A stretch of DNA of 64,000 bases from Octopus bimaculoides (Eukaryota), in assembly GCF_001194135.2 (NCBI RefSeq), contig NC_068986.1, positions 46,122,931-46,186,930 on the forward strand, read 5' to 3'. A program made the position numbers and the translations under genes. Shown in pieces: positions 13,909 to 26,140 of this stretch. Numbering within the stretch: position 1 is the first letter of the stretch; every line of letters starts with the position of its first letter. The notes below the pieces were generated by a model, which saw only the letters and a program-made list of their open reading frames with translations, did no database searches and was not told where the DNA came from.

Positions 13909-14339
13909 TATGTGTGTGCAATTATTTATATTAATATAAGTGTGTGTGTGTCTGTGACTGTATGTCTATGTGAGTTCATATTTCTCCTAATCTCCATGTA
14001 TGTTCACTGGTTTTAAACAATGGCCTTGCTGTTTGTGCAGACAGTGATGCTTGAAGATAGTTCAGCATGATGATTGTTTAGGCTTCTTGACATATCTTAA
14101 CTCATTCATACAGTGTCATTTGCTTTCACCTTTCTGCATAACAATGTCTGGGATGTTTGTGGCTTGATGGACTGGGAGATTATTTCCTCACTTAGCAACA
14201 AGTGGTGATTAGATTCTGGAGGGGCATCTAGTTCTAGAAAAATGTGTCCCTATGCATATCCATACGATTCAAAATTTAGCCAGTAAAATGTTATGAACTT
14301 AGGAAGGGTAGAAGAAACAGTGTTTAGGTGTAATAGATT

Positions 14340-14460
14340 CATCACAATCATCATTTAATGTCTGATTTACATGCTGGCATGGGTTGGATGGTTTGACAGG
14401 AGCTGCTGAGTTGGGACTGTGCCAAACTTTGTTGTCAGCTTTGATGACCAAATAACTTGC
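14340..14460 (-). mobile_element. SINE 3' end with RTE-type tail
   Basis: Reverse complement reads caacccatgccagcatgtaaatcagacattaaatgatgat, the same tail as at 24900-24960. Confidence 0.6.
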
Positions 14461-14610
14461 AACATATGACCTCTCAACTGAGGTGGGAGCAATGTTAAAT
14501 AAGGTGGCTTTGTGTCAGGCAATGAGAAGTTAGAGTATGACAGATATAAAAACTTGTGTCGTGCAGCAGAGGAGATATATGGCTATCTCAATTAAAAAAA
14601 GAGATAAGAG

Positions 14611-14653
<43 letters not shown>

Positions 14654-14739
14654 CGATGGTGAAGAAGAGAGGCATTGGGGTGCACTCTCAAGTTATAGTC
14701 TAGGGTGTATAAGCAAAGTAGTACAGAGGATTCGATAGA

Positions 14740-16260
14740 GTGAGTGGATAGGTAAGTTTGCTCTCCACCAGATATTTTAAGCATCTTGGTGGTAATCCCT
14801 AATGGACCAAGGGTTTTCCCTATCTTGATATTCTTAATTGCTTTATCTATCATATTACTGTCAATTTGGATAGTTGGTCATTCTGTTACATTAGGAAAGA
14901 CTCTCCTTCTCCCATGCAATATCAATGTTTAGCAGCCTTTCATAGTGGTGCTTCTATGCCTCATTCTTTTCAGAATCACTAGGTGCAAGTATACCATCAT
15001 TTATCTGTACACACTTCTCTCCTATAATCCCTTGATTTTTTCTGACATGCTGTCTTGCAATTCAGGACTACCTCGTACCTCTAGTCCTCACACTGGAGAA
15101 CACTGGAAAAACGTTTGCTTTTCTGCACCTCCTGTCGCATAGCTTCTTTTAAGGTAACCTGGTACTGTTCTCTGCTACCATTTTAATTCTTCCAGGGCTG
15201 TTTCCTTGCTTTTATGCCTCTCACTATGTTCAACCACTATATTACTCTTGGTTTCACTGAAACTTTGCACCAGCAACCGATTTAGTCTATAGCTCTTGGT
15301 AGGTTGTCCTGTAGCAACTTCCAGTTATCCTCTATGTCATACGTTGCTATCCAGTCCTCCTTCTCATCAAATACTTCAATTAGGACATCTCTAAAGCACT
15401 AACTACTGAATATATCCTTAAGTTTCTTATCTTCCTTTTCTAGACTGGCTTGATTCTCTGAGTCTTCTCGCCCAATATCTAAAGTGGTTAACAACTAATG
15501 TGCATGGAGGAGTACACTCTTTACCTACAAAGATCTTGGTAATTATGAGCATCCATCTATTCTGCTTTCTGGTCAGAACATTGTCAATATGATTTGTATG
15601 GCCACCAGATTGATAGATGATAAGGTGACTGGCTGGCTTTCTGAAGTTAGTGTTGCAGATCATTAGGTCATCACAAAGTCTTCTCTTCTCATTTCAGGAA
15701 CCAAATCCATAGCTTGCATGCACACCATGAAAGTCATCAGGATGCTACCCAACATGACAATTGAAATCCCTAACCATAAGGATACAGTCACTGCCGTTTA
15801 TCATCGAGGCATTGGTGTGCAAAAGGCATAAAATCTAAAAGTCTTGGTTGAGGATCATAGGCAAAGATAATAGTTGCTGTTGTACTTTACAAAACTAGTC
15901 TAAGCATAAGTATTCTATTGCATACTCTGACTACTTTGATCACTATATCAACCATTTTTGGGAAATAAGTATATCCATACACCTATGCCATCACTATTGC
16001 CTTCCCAGAAGATTTTATGCTCATATTCTTTGCCTGTGAGGAACCTGACTGAGGCTCCTCTCCATCTTACTTCTGGCATGCAGTGCACATCTACACACCT
16101 CCGGATTAGCATTTCAGCAATCTCATCATGCTCCAATGTGTCTTCATTGACTGTGTCTGCTCAGGGGATGCAGATGGGGTGGAAAGAGTGAAGAGGAAGA
16201 TGAAGGTAGGGTAGCATTCAACACCTGAAAGGGAGGAAGTTTGCAGGGACATTTGCCAGC
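14740..16260 (-). mobile_element. RTE-clade LINE, decayed 5' half (AP endonuclease plus start of RT)
   Basis: ORF pieces EIAEMLIRRCVDVHCMPEVRWRGAS (EN N-terminus), NTNFRKPASHLIIYQSGGHTNHIDNVL (EN C-terminus) and MIDKAIKNIKIGKTLGPLGITTKMLK (RT domain 0), in the correct order. Confidence 0.85.
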
Positions 16261-16768
16261 AGGAATATCAGTTACACAGTCAGTTATAAGATATTCGGTA
16301 TCACTTCATGCCTAAGCTACCATTTGCTTAGATACTCAAACATTCAAGGCCAAGAAGTTAGAGAAAGAGATTAAAAAATAAGAAACAAGTGGTGGGGAGG
16401 ACGGTTTCGTGTATGTCTAGCATTATTACGGTGGCAAGGGAGGAACAAGGGGGTGAAAATATTGTGATGACAGTCGTAAAGATTGAGAAAATGGGCAAGT
16501 TGCAGAGCTTTTTGAATGAAATTGATATATTACATATTTAAAAGAAAGATAGAAATGGGCAACAACTCAGCTTTAACTTCATCAATAATTTGTACCATGC
16601 AGCTAACAAACAAATAGGCAAATTTCCACATGTGTGATTTTCATTATGAAAAGGAAGCCAGAAAACAGGAAGATTAGGATGAAAAACAATAGAATAATAC
16701 TTGGAGTTCCAGACTTAAAACATTATAGCACTTAAATACATACAAACAAACAATTCAGTTCATACATA

Positions 16769-17409
16769 CCGTATATGCTGGTGAATAAAGTGACCCCAGA
16801 ATTTCCTTTTAAAATTAAGGTTTTAACCAACACTTGCTATTAAGACAACCTGGCAATATTTCACTCGTGATGAAGTGCCTGGAGATGTGTGAGGTAGTGT
16901 CTGATGTCTTAGTCACAGGTGGAATAATCATCCTTATGGCCAAAGGTTTTTACCCAAAGTTTTATTTGATATATACTGATACACTGCATGTTTTTGTCTT
17001 TAATTTGTAAGCTCTATCATGCTTCACGAATCTATAGGTAGGATAATGTTCAGATTGTCTTAAAGTACTGAGAACTGTGAGTTTTATTGTGACTGACCAA
17101 TCACAATAAAAAAGAGCACAAACTTGAAATTTTAGCACAACTGCAGCTGTCTTGAAAACCATCGGCTGGCCAAGCACCCTGACAAAGCCATGAGAAAGCA
17201 CTATGATGAGTGTAAACAGAATGCATTGTGGAATAGTTTTCAGTAGATACTATTAAGTGGTAAGACCGTGGGAGCTTTGCAAATATTTTATACTGTTCTC
17301 TAAACCACAGCTTGTTATGAGTTGGCCTTTATACTCAGTGATCGAGATGCCTCTTTGGCTGTGGTGCTATTTTTAAGGCTTAAATTCCATTCTGAACACC
17401 AGAATACGG
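16769..17409. mobile_element. Non-autonomous pogo/Tc2-like element (MITE), about 640 bp
   Basis: Ends TA|ccgtatatgctggtg and caccagaatacgg|TA are imperfect inverted repeats. CCGTAT termini with a TA target duplication are typical of Tc2/pogo. Confidence 0.5.
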
Positions 17410-18899
17410 TATTGTGTGAGAAAATTGATACATTCTGGAAAGATAGCAACTAGTAAAGTCTAGAGGATTGTGAATGAATGAGTGAGAAATAGCTCAGCTG
17501 CTTAGCTTAGACTCTATTCGTATTTTGTACCATGCACCTAACAAGCTACTGCATGCAAATTTAAATTTGAATTACATGATCCTGCACATTCCTTTAAGAA
17601 TGATAAAACGCATTAAGAATGAAAAAAAGTCCTTCAATAACTTAATTCATTTAGGATCTCAAAACAAGGAATATCATGGTCAATAACAGGTACTGTACAT
17701 CTATACAAAGGGGCAAAATGAGTCGGTGTAATATATATTCTACAGGGGTACTAGAGATCCTTAAACATAAGTCTAATCTTATTTATAAATGCAACAAATT
17801 ATTGATCCAGTGTTACCACCAGTTCAATGAATGATTCTTCATCACTGGTGAACCTATATAATGTATTCTGATCACAAAACTTCCTAGTAAAATAAATTGT
17901 AATGTAACTAATAATTTCTTATATAACTTATGTAACTAAGCAATTGATTTAGTTCAATTGTAAATTATTTCACAATACTTATAACAATCTCAAAAACTAT
18001 ATACTATATATTTATTTTTATTCCTTGTTCATATCTCTGTTTTTCTTTTTAGTCTTATTTCTATTTTGGTATTTTTCTCATACTTTCATCTTCCCTTTTG
18101 TGGTGTCATTCTAAGAATAAATAGCAGTAAACTGTCACCTCTTTAAACATTTCTGCATCAATTTCAGATGTTTTATCTCCCCATCTTTAGGATGTCATCA
18201 ATAAATTAGAAAGTTCCTGACCTGTCAATGTTTTTAGCCTTAGCTGTTTACATTTAACTTAATGTTGGGAAAACTAACAAGATAATCTGTCTCTATAGAC
18301 TTCCAGCTTGAGTGAATTCCTAATAGTGTAACAACCAGCTGTTTATAATTTATTGTTCTATCTTCTATACTCCTTCCTCATTCATTATATAAAATAGACT
18401 AAATTCTAATATGTGTTTATTTTGTAACTAGTCTGAAGAAATGATTAGTAAGATGGTCTTTAATAAGGGTTTACATAACTTTTACATATATATATATTAA
18501 TCCATCATGTTGATAAACAAAAAATTCTAGTGAATATTGAAATGATCATCGCTGATCATTTTGATAATCTTATTGCTTTAGGAATAATCTGATTGGTTGA
18601 AGAATGTAATCTGTTCCTTTGCTTACTTTAATACTCTGCAATAAATGTACTAGCCTCATAATTGGTACATTCCTTTGGATTTACAACTTGTATGGAATGT
18701 TACTGAGAGTAAATGAACACTTTTTACCTATACTATTCCTCATTCATCCTTAAATCAAGATTTTGCAAGGAAAGCTGTCTATCGCGCTCATTTGGATTTC
18801 CTAAAATCCTAATTCACACACACGCATATATTTTGTATATGCATATATATATATATATACACATACATGCAAATCTATCCCTCTATCTATCTATCTACC

Positions 18900-19070
18900 C
18901 GCTTTGCAGACTACCTCATTGACGAATGACTGGGACCTTCTCTTTGTGGCTGGTGGCTTCAATGGACATGTTGGACAACATACAGGGAGCTTCCATGGTG
19001 TACATCGAGGCTATGGTTTTGGTTCCCACAGTGAGGAAGGAACCAGGCTGCTGGAGTTCTGTGATGCAAA
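18900..19070 (+). mobile_element. RTE LINE endonuclease fragment
   Basis: DLLFVAGGFNGHVGQHTGSFHGVHRGYGFGSHSEEGTRLLEFCDA corresponds to the GDFNGHVG...G.RLLEFC motif. Confidence 0.85.
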
Positions 19071-19504
19071 ACTCGGCTTGCAAAGACCTGTTGGGGCAAG
19101 TAAAATTAAAATCGAAATCGTGATTGAACCAAATTCGATGACTGGCACCTGTGCCAGTGGAGTGCTAAGAGCACCGTCTGAGCATGATCATTGCCAGAGC
19201 AACTGTCTGGCTTCCGTGCCAGTGGCACCATTTGAGCATGATCGTTACCTGCGTCGTCTTACTGGCACTTGTGCTGGTGGCACGTGAAAAAAACATTCGA
19301 GCAGGGTCGTTGCCAGTGCCCCTGGACTGGCTCCCATGCAGGTGACATGTAAAAAACACCATTTTGAGCATGGCTGTTGCCAGTACCGCCTGACTGGCCC
19401 TCGTGCCGGTGGCACATAAAAGCACCCACTGGTTGGCGTTAGGAAGGGCATCCAGCTGTAGAAACTCTGCGAGATCAGATTGGAGCATGGTGCAGCCTTC
19501 TGGT
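19071..19504 (+). mobile_element. RTE-tailed SINE-like element with an internal ~60-65 bp tandem array (about 5 units)
   Basis: Repeated actggc..gtgcc.gtggcac...cat..gagc.tg.tcgttgccag units, then ggttggcgttaggaagggcatccagctgtagaaactctg, shared with 24725-24961. Confidence 0.8.
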
Positions 19505-19674
19505 NNNNNNNNNNNNNNNNNNNNNNNNNNNNNNNNNNNNNNNNNNNNNNNNNNNNNNNNNNNNNNNNNNNNNNNNNNNNNNNNNNNNNNNNNNNNNNNN
19601 NNNNNNNNNNNNNNNNNNNNNNNNNNNNNNNNNNNNNNNNNNNNNNNNNNNNNNNNNNNNNNNNNNNNNNNNNN
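19505..19674. other. Assembly gap (170 N)
   Basis: N run. Confidence 1.
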
Positions 19675-20030
19675 ATACACATACACATGCATATTTATAT
19701 ATATGTATGTATCCTTTCTTTCTTTTCTTTTACTTGTTTCAGTCAATTGACTGGGGCCATATATATATATATATATATGTTGAAACATATACATATATAT
19801 ATGTGTGTGCATGTGAGTGTGTATGTTTGCTTATATACATCTGTGTATGTGTCTATATACAAATGCCCGTATTTATTGATCCTTAATATTTAGTTTGGAA
19901 CAATATTGTTCTGAAGTCTATTAATATTTTGAGATACATTTTGGTCACCGTCTTGAAAGGAATCTATTCAATACACATGCAAACACACACACACACACAC
20001 ACAAACTCGTATGTGCACACTCATTTGCTC

Positions 20031-20165
<135 letters not shown>

Positions 20166-20589
20166 TAAGAGAAAAGTATGTTAATTGTATTTGCACTTAC
20201 AAATAGGAATACAAAACTCAGAATAGAGATGAAAAGAAACGGGTTTAAAATATACTCTAACTTTGCTTTGAGTGCTTTTTTTCCTGTTTTGGGTACATAA
20301 CTTCTATGATGGCCTCAGCATTAATTCAAGCTTTGTGAGTGAAATCAGGCATGATGGATCCATAATTGAAAGGCTCTCTTTGTCAAATACAATCTTATGC
20401 TGAGCCTTCTACAGAAATATATTAAAGGACAAGTGTTGTGAAATGCCCGGGCAGTTACACTTTAATACAATGATATTAAAGCTGTTATTGATCAAATAAT
20501 GGTAACATTCACCATCAAAATAGATACTCAACCAATTATATTAATGTTATCATGTACATCTTAATTCTCACTTTTGAATCTTGCAGATA

Positions 20590-20812
20590 CAAGGGAGCAC
20601 TCAAAAGAAACCGGAATTTTGCAATATTATTTCATTCACTTACAGTTTTACATGTTTACATTTTTATCACCTTGAAAGAATTCCCCATTTGAAGCAATGC
20701 ATTGATCCAAGTGCATTTTTCACTATTTGAAGCAGTGCTGGAACTCTTGTGAAGTGATACCTTTTAACACCTCCATCATCTTTTTCTTCACCTCTTCCAC
20801 GTCTGCAAATTC
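20590..20812 (-). mobile_element. mariner 3' end fragment with TIR
   Basis: Minus strand translates ADVEEVKKKMMEVLKGITSQEFQHCFK**KMHLDQCIASNGEFFQGD (mariner C-terminus) and ends at TA|caagggagcactcaaaagaaaccgg. Confidence 0.75.
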
Positions 20813-20996
20813 CATAGCTCATATTAGAGCGAGCTCCTCTTGTGAGGTATTCTTTTTTTAAATTTTGCTTGTAGTCTTTTTTAGGTTCAACCCTCCAAGA
20901 TAATATGTTACCATCTCATCCATCTTTTTCTCTTTTGCAGATTATTTAGTGCTTCTTTATCTATGTTTCATCCTCCATATGCAACACATGTTCATA

Positions 20997-21056
20997 CCAG
21001 TCCAGTCCAATCCAGTCCAGTCCAGTCCAGTCTAGTCCAGTCCAGTCCAGTCCAGT
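20997..21056. repeat. (CCAGT)12 pentanucleotide microsatellite
   Basis: Seen directly; two variant units. Confidence 0.95.
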
Positions 21057-21134
21057 TCAATCTTCTCACTTAAACACTTCCTTTCATTCTTCTCATACTC
21101 AGTTTTCCTGTTTGCTCATTTCTGCTCTGTTACT

Positions 21135-21679
21135 TACTCTTTTCCTAGTTTCAGTCATTTGACTGTGGCCATGCTGGAGCACCGCCTTTAGTCAAGCAAA
21201 TCGACCCCAGGACTTGGATGCCTAGTACTTGTTCTATCGGTCTCTTTTGCCGAACTGCTAANNNNNNNNNNNNNNNNNNNNNNNNNNNNNNNNNNNNNNN
21301 NNNNNNNNNNNNNNNNNNNNNNNNNNNNNNNNNNNNNNNNNNNNNNNNNNNNNNNNNNNNNNNNNNNNNNNNNNNNNNNNNNNNNNNNNNNNNNNNNNNN
21401 NNNNNNNNNNNNNNNNNNNNNNNNNNNNNNNNNNNNNNNNNNNNNNNNNNNNNNNNNNNNNNNNNNNNNNNNNNNNNNNNNNNNNNNNNNNNNNNNNNNN
21501 NNATATATATATATACGACGGGCTTCTTTCAGTTTCCGTCTACCAAATCCACTCACAAGGCTTTGGTCGGCCCGAGGCTATAGTAGAAGACACGTGCCCA
21601 AGGTGCCACGCAGTGGGAATGAACCCGGAACCATGTGGTTGGTAAGCAAGCTACTTACCACACAGCCACTCCTGCGCCT
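21135..21679 (-). mobile_element. Young full-length SINE family A with an internal gap (N 21262-21502)
   Basis: Minus-strand head aggcgcaggagtggctgtgtggtaag (A box) ... ggttcattccc (B box); CpG-rich; central (TA)n; 3' part gactaaaggcggtgctccagcatggccacagtcaaatgactgaaac. Confidence 0.9.
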
Positions 21680-22531
21680 GTATACTGACATTAAACATCT
21701 GATTACGCACTCCTTATTTCTTTTTATCTTTCACGCATTGTCTACATTCACTGCCAATAGCTTTACTACCAAGCAACATCATGTGTCAAACAGATGTGTA
21801 TACCACTTTTTATTTAGGGATGCAACTGCTTGTATAGTTGCCTTCTCCCCTTGTATAGTTGCCTTCACTGTAGCTTGTAGAGTCCTCATCTCCTCCAACC
21901 AGTTTATTATTTTGAATTTCTGTTTTCCTATATGAGCTGGATTCTCTGCGATTAGCGGAGTTGATGTCATTCCTATGCTGAATAATATAAACTCATGTAA
22001 CTATCATCATTAAGATTCTATGCTCCCTAAAGTTTTACTGGGAGATACTAAGTTCAAGTGATATTAGAGGTGAACATTGCAGACTATACGTTTAAAAAAG
22101 ATTTTTAAGTGAGAGGGAAGAGAGAGAAAAAGAGAATGAAAGAGAGAGAGAAAGAACGAAAGAGAGAAAGAGTGAAAGAGAGACAGAGAGTGAGAGATAG
22201 TGTGAGTATGAGAGTGTGTGTGTTTGTATGTGAGAGAGACAAAGAGAGAGAGTTTTCATATGAACTATCATGTTTTCACAACCCAATAGTAAGATCATCT
22301 ATATAGTTTCTAGCAATTAAAGGAGGCCCTTAATAATGATAGAGTGATAATGACAGAGTAACAGAAATAATCATTCACTTTCTTTAAACATAGTACACTT
22401 GTTTGCTGTAGTTTGCTTGAGAAATGGGGAATAATATACCACATTCATGAATCACCAGAACTAAATATGTCTGACTTATTGTACAAGTGATTTTCAGAGG
22501 AAGTTCCTGAGATACAACAAAGAAACAGAAG

Positions 22532-22577
<46 letters not shown>

Positions 22578-22579
<2 letters not shown>

Positions 22580-22985
22580 ACCTAATCATCAGCATGGAGT
22601 TCTTCTGCTGCACGATAATGCCCACCTTCATATTGCCAACATGACCAAGGAAGCCATTCAAACACATGGCTGGGAAGTGCTGCCACATGCGCCGTACTCT
22701 CCTGATTTGGCACCAACAGATTTCCACCTCTTTCAATCTCTTTCAAATACTATGCATGGAGTTTCGTTCAATACTGATGCAGAATTGAGAGCTTGGTTGG
22801 ATCAATTTTTCGAGTCAAAATCAAGTGATTTTTACCAATGAAGTATTGGAAATCTTGTTGAACGTTGGGAAGAAGTTGTAAACAACAAGGGTGAATACAT
22901 TATTGATTAATTAGTGGTTATTTTTTATAAAACCTTTTAAAAATTTTAATTAAAATAAACGGCGGGAACTAAGTTGCCAACCTAA
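22578..22985 (+). mobile_element. mariner (DD34D) 3' third with right TIR
   Basis: LLHDNA...WEVLPHAPYSPDLAPTDFHLF with 34 residues between the two Asp; ends gttgccaacctaa|TA. Confidence 0.9.
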
Positions 22986-22999
22986 TATATATATATGTA

Positions 23000-23097
23000 T
23001 GAGTTTAACGTTGACTAATTTTTAGTTTAATCTATATCATCGTTGGGATAAGTGAGTTTAACATCGAATAATCTTTAGTTTAAACTATAGCATCGTT
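23000..23097. repeat. Two 45-bp diverged tandem copies (period 53)
   Basis: tgagtttaacgttgactaatttttagtttaatctatatcatcgtt vs tgagtttaacatcgaataatctttagtttaaactatagcatcgtt (6 mismatches). Confidence 0.8.
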
Positions 23098-23369
23098 AAC
23101 TGACCACTAACCAGAACACTTTCCCTCTTTTCATCTCTTTATTATCTCTCTCCTCGCTTTTCTTTCTTCTTTTTTCTTTTCTTCATTCCTCTCTTCCTGT
23201 TTTCGATTTGACCTTACAAATACATTCCCAACTGTTAAGTCACTTTAAATAAAACCTGTCTTCTTTGTAATTCTGAACTATTTTTTAATTCTTTTTTCTA
23301 GAAATCCCTTTGTAAACACGGTTATAGAGCATGCATATTAGTTTTAGTTTTATTTTCTATCACGAAAAG

Positions 23370-24520
23370 TTCCTCTGTCAGGTGGGATTTCACACTGTCA
23401 TTAAGGTGTTTGTTTAAATGATTCGAGATCTTTATTCTCTACCACATTAGTATTCATCTGTCTCAAGTAATGATGTTTTTGTGTGTATTGGCTCCCTTCT
23501 TTGGGACATATTTAATGCATATGGCTCACATTATTGACATGAGTTTCATATCTATATCTTGCATAGAGAGGCTTTCAGGCTAGCCCTGCTGGAGTATCTG
23601 TTTTTCAAGTGACTTCAAGTCAGCCTTATTGAAATTTAGGCGGGATAGGGTTTGAGCACCATCTGTGCAGAGTTTATCATTAGTTAATTCTGGGCCATAC
23701 ATTGTCAGTTCTATCATATTATGGTCTGAGAATATTGTCGGTGATATATTAAGTTGTGGATAATTTCCACATTGTTTGTATAACAGAGGTCCAGGATATT
23801 TTTGTGCCTGATTGGAGAGAGTATGATTTGCTCCATAAATAGTATTTTTGTAAGATCAAGTAGAAATTCTGCTTGATTTCGCTCTTTGTGCATCATTCCT
23901 GGGGTTATATTGCCCTCAGGCCATCTGATGTTGGGGAAGTTGAAGTCACCCATCAGGAATATAGTAGTATGTTGATCCAATTGTGTTAGTACTTCTTTTA
24001 TCGCAATGAGGTTTTGCCCAAATTTTCCATCATGATTTGAGGCATTAGGTGGGTGATATAGTCTGCATATCACTACAACATGTTGCTTTAGATGTACTAT
24101 GAGTGTGTCACATATCGAGCTCGAGTTCGATAACAGGGTTAATGGTGTGTCATCTTCTCGGATGTACATTGCAACTCCACCACAACTTCTTTTTCTTCTG
24201 TCTGTATGGAAGATAGCATACATTAGTATGTGTATCTCTGTGTTACTAATGTCTGCAGATAGATGTGTTTCTGTAAGTGCAATGCATATAGCTTGATTAC
24301 ATGCAGAAAGATTCTTCAGGTACTCAATTTTGCATTTGCTGTTGTTCTGCAGCAGGCCTCTTATATTCATCAGTAGAAATGGCGTTGGTGTTGGTGTGTT
24401 GGGTGGTTTGGTGGCAGTGGTGGCCAACCAGGGCCCATCAGTTGTGGTGGTCTTGTGTGCGAGGGTACATAGCTCAGCTTTGTCTGTAGCCATGACAACC
24501 GTTGCACTATTTCCTGTGCC
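23370..24520 (-). mobile_element. CR1-group LINE fragment: putative ORF1 C-terminus plus ORF2 AP endonuclease, no RT
   Basis: MNIRGL, LTETHL, GGVAMYI, LYHPP, MGDFNFPNIRW and NILDLCYTN, then SDHNMIE after a frameshift near 23740. Confidence 0.9.
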
Positions 24521-24563
24521 ACACTTAATATATATATATATATGATGATGATGATGATGATGA

Positions 24564-24630
<67 letters not shown>

Positions 24631-24682
24631 TGTGTGTGTGTGTATATCTATATCTATCTTTCTATCTATTCATATGAATATG

Positions 24683-24724
<42 letters not shown>

Positions 24725-24961
24725 CCATTTTGAGCATGGCCGTTGCCAGTACCGCCTGACTGGCCTTCGTGCAGGTGACACGTAAAAGCACCCACTACAC
24801 TCTCTGAGTGGTTGGCATTAGGAAGGGCATCCAGCTGTAGAAACTCTGCCAAATCAGATTGGAGCCTGGTGTAGCCATCTGGTTCACCAGTCCTCAGTCA
24901 AATCGTCCAACCCATGCTAGCATGGAAAGCGGACGTTAAACGATGATGATGATGATGATGA
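24725..24961 (+). mobile_element. RTE-tailed SINE 3' part ending in (GAT)n
   Basis: ttaggaagggcatccagctgtagaaactctgcc...caacccatgctagcatggaaagcggacgttaaacgatgatgat. Confidence 0.9.
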
Positions 24962-25309
24962 TAACTTACATGTGTGCTGCGGTATCATTTCAAGGCACTA
25001 GTACACTGATGATGAAATTGATTATTTGTTAATTATTTCCATTAATTTAAACATTTATGACTATATGAATAAAGATATAAATCTTTTTACATTTTTAAAT
25101 GACAGAAGTTTCAAATAAGAAAAAAATTAGCATAATGCAATTATTTACTGCATTAATGCAGCTGCAAATATGAACATCACTTAATTTAAGAACCTTTGAA
25201 GCACATAACTATTTTTTATGAAATGAAATTTGTGCATAAAGGTAGAACTCATCACATCTACAAGGAATTGAATCTAAGTTTGATTATTATTTGGAATTTC
25301 TTCTCATAT

Positions 25310-26140
25310 TTTAGCTGTATAAACATTCAACGCACTTAATTCTTGGATTTCCCTCGAATATCTATGTCAACCCATTTCAGTAAACTCTCTATTGGATTTA
25401 GATCTGATGATTGTACTGATTATAGCAGCAGTTAGATTTATGAGTTTCTCAACTGAAAAATCCATAAATAGACCAAATGATTCTTAGTGTATGAAAGCAT
25501 AGGGTTTTCCAAGATCTTCAGATAAGCTGTACTGTTCATGATACTCTTGATCTGATGTATGAGACTGACATATTTTCAATACATATATAGTTCTAATCCA
25601 TGACATCAACACTGCTATGCTTCGCTGTCATATTCATGCAGATGCAGTATGTGTGAAATTCTGTGCAACATTGGATGTACAACTAATCATCAGAAGTTAA
25701 GCACATTCAATTTGAATTCATCCAACCATATGCGATTTTCACCAACCTCACAATATCCAGTACTTATGCTTTTGAGTGAATGGAATGTTCATATCTTGAT
25801 TTTTCAGAGAAATGCAATTATTTTCTTTTACATGAAACAGATCTCACAAGCCCAAAATGCTTTAACTAATTTTTTTCTGGTTGTGATAATTTTGCTTGTA
25901 GATTGTTAAACATCAATCAAAATGTTAAAAAAGTAATCCTTTCCCTGTTCTTCATTAATGGATGGCAAAAGTATTGGACCATCTCATAGCTTTCTTATGG
26001 TTGCTTTTATTAACGACAGTGAGAATAGCCATCACTCTTATTGAAAATGTTCATGGTATGGTGAGCAGCAGTTGCTGAGCAACTATGGCTTGGAAAGCTT
26101 TTTAGCTTGTTCAGTAAGACAATTCTCAATCACATTTAAT
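25310..26140 (-). mobile_element. Highly decayed Tc1-type transposase remnant
   Basis: Minus-strand pieces in order: WLDEFKLN (WSDESKFN-like), TAKHSSVDVM (TVKHGGGSVM-like), IMNSTAYLKILENPMLSY...WIFQ, and NPIESL. Confidence 0.6.

Noticed and set aside
19139-19420. CRISPR-like repeat array
   Set aside because: Units are contiguous diverged tandem repeats without unique spacers, inside a eukaryotic SINE; no cas genes.
21600-21679. tRNA gene (also other SINE heads)
   Set aside because: A and B boxes are present, but they continue into the SINE body with no complete cloverleaf or terminator.
24520-24625. Poly-His N-terminus of the 303-aa ORF
   Set aside because: Encoded by (TA)n and (CAT)n microsatellites fused in frame to the LINE endonuclease.
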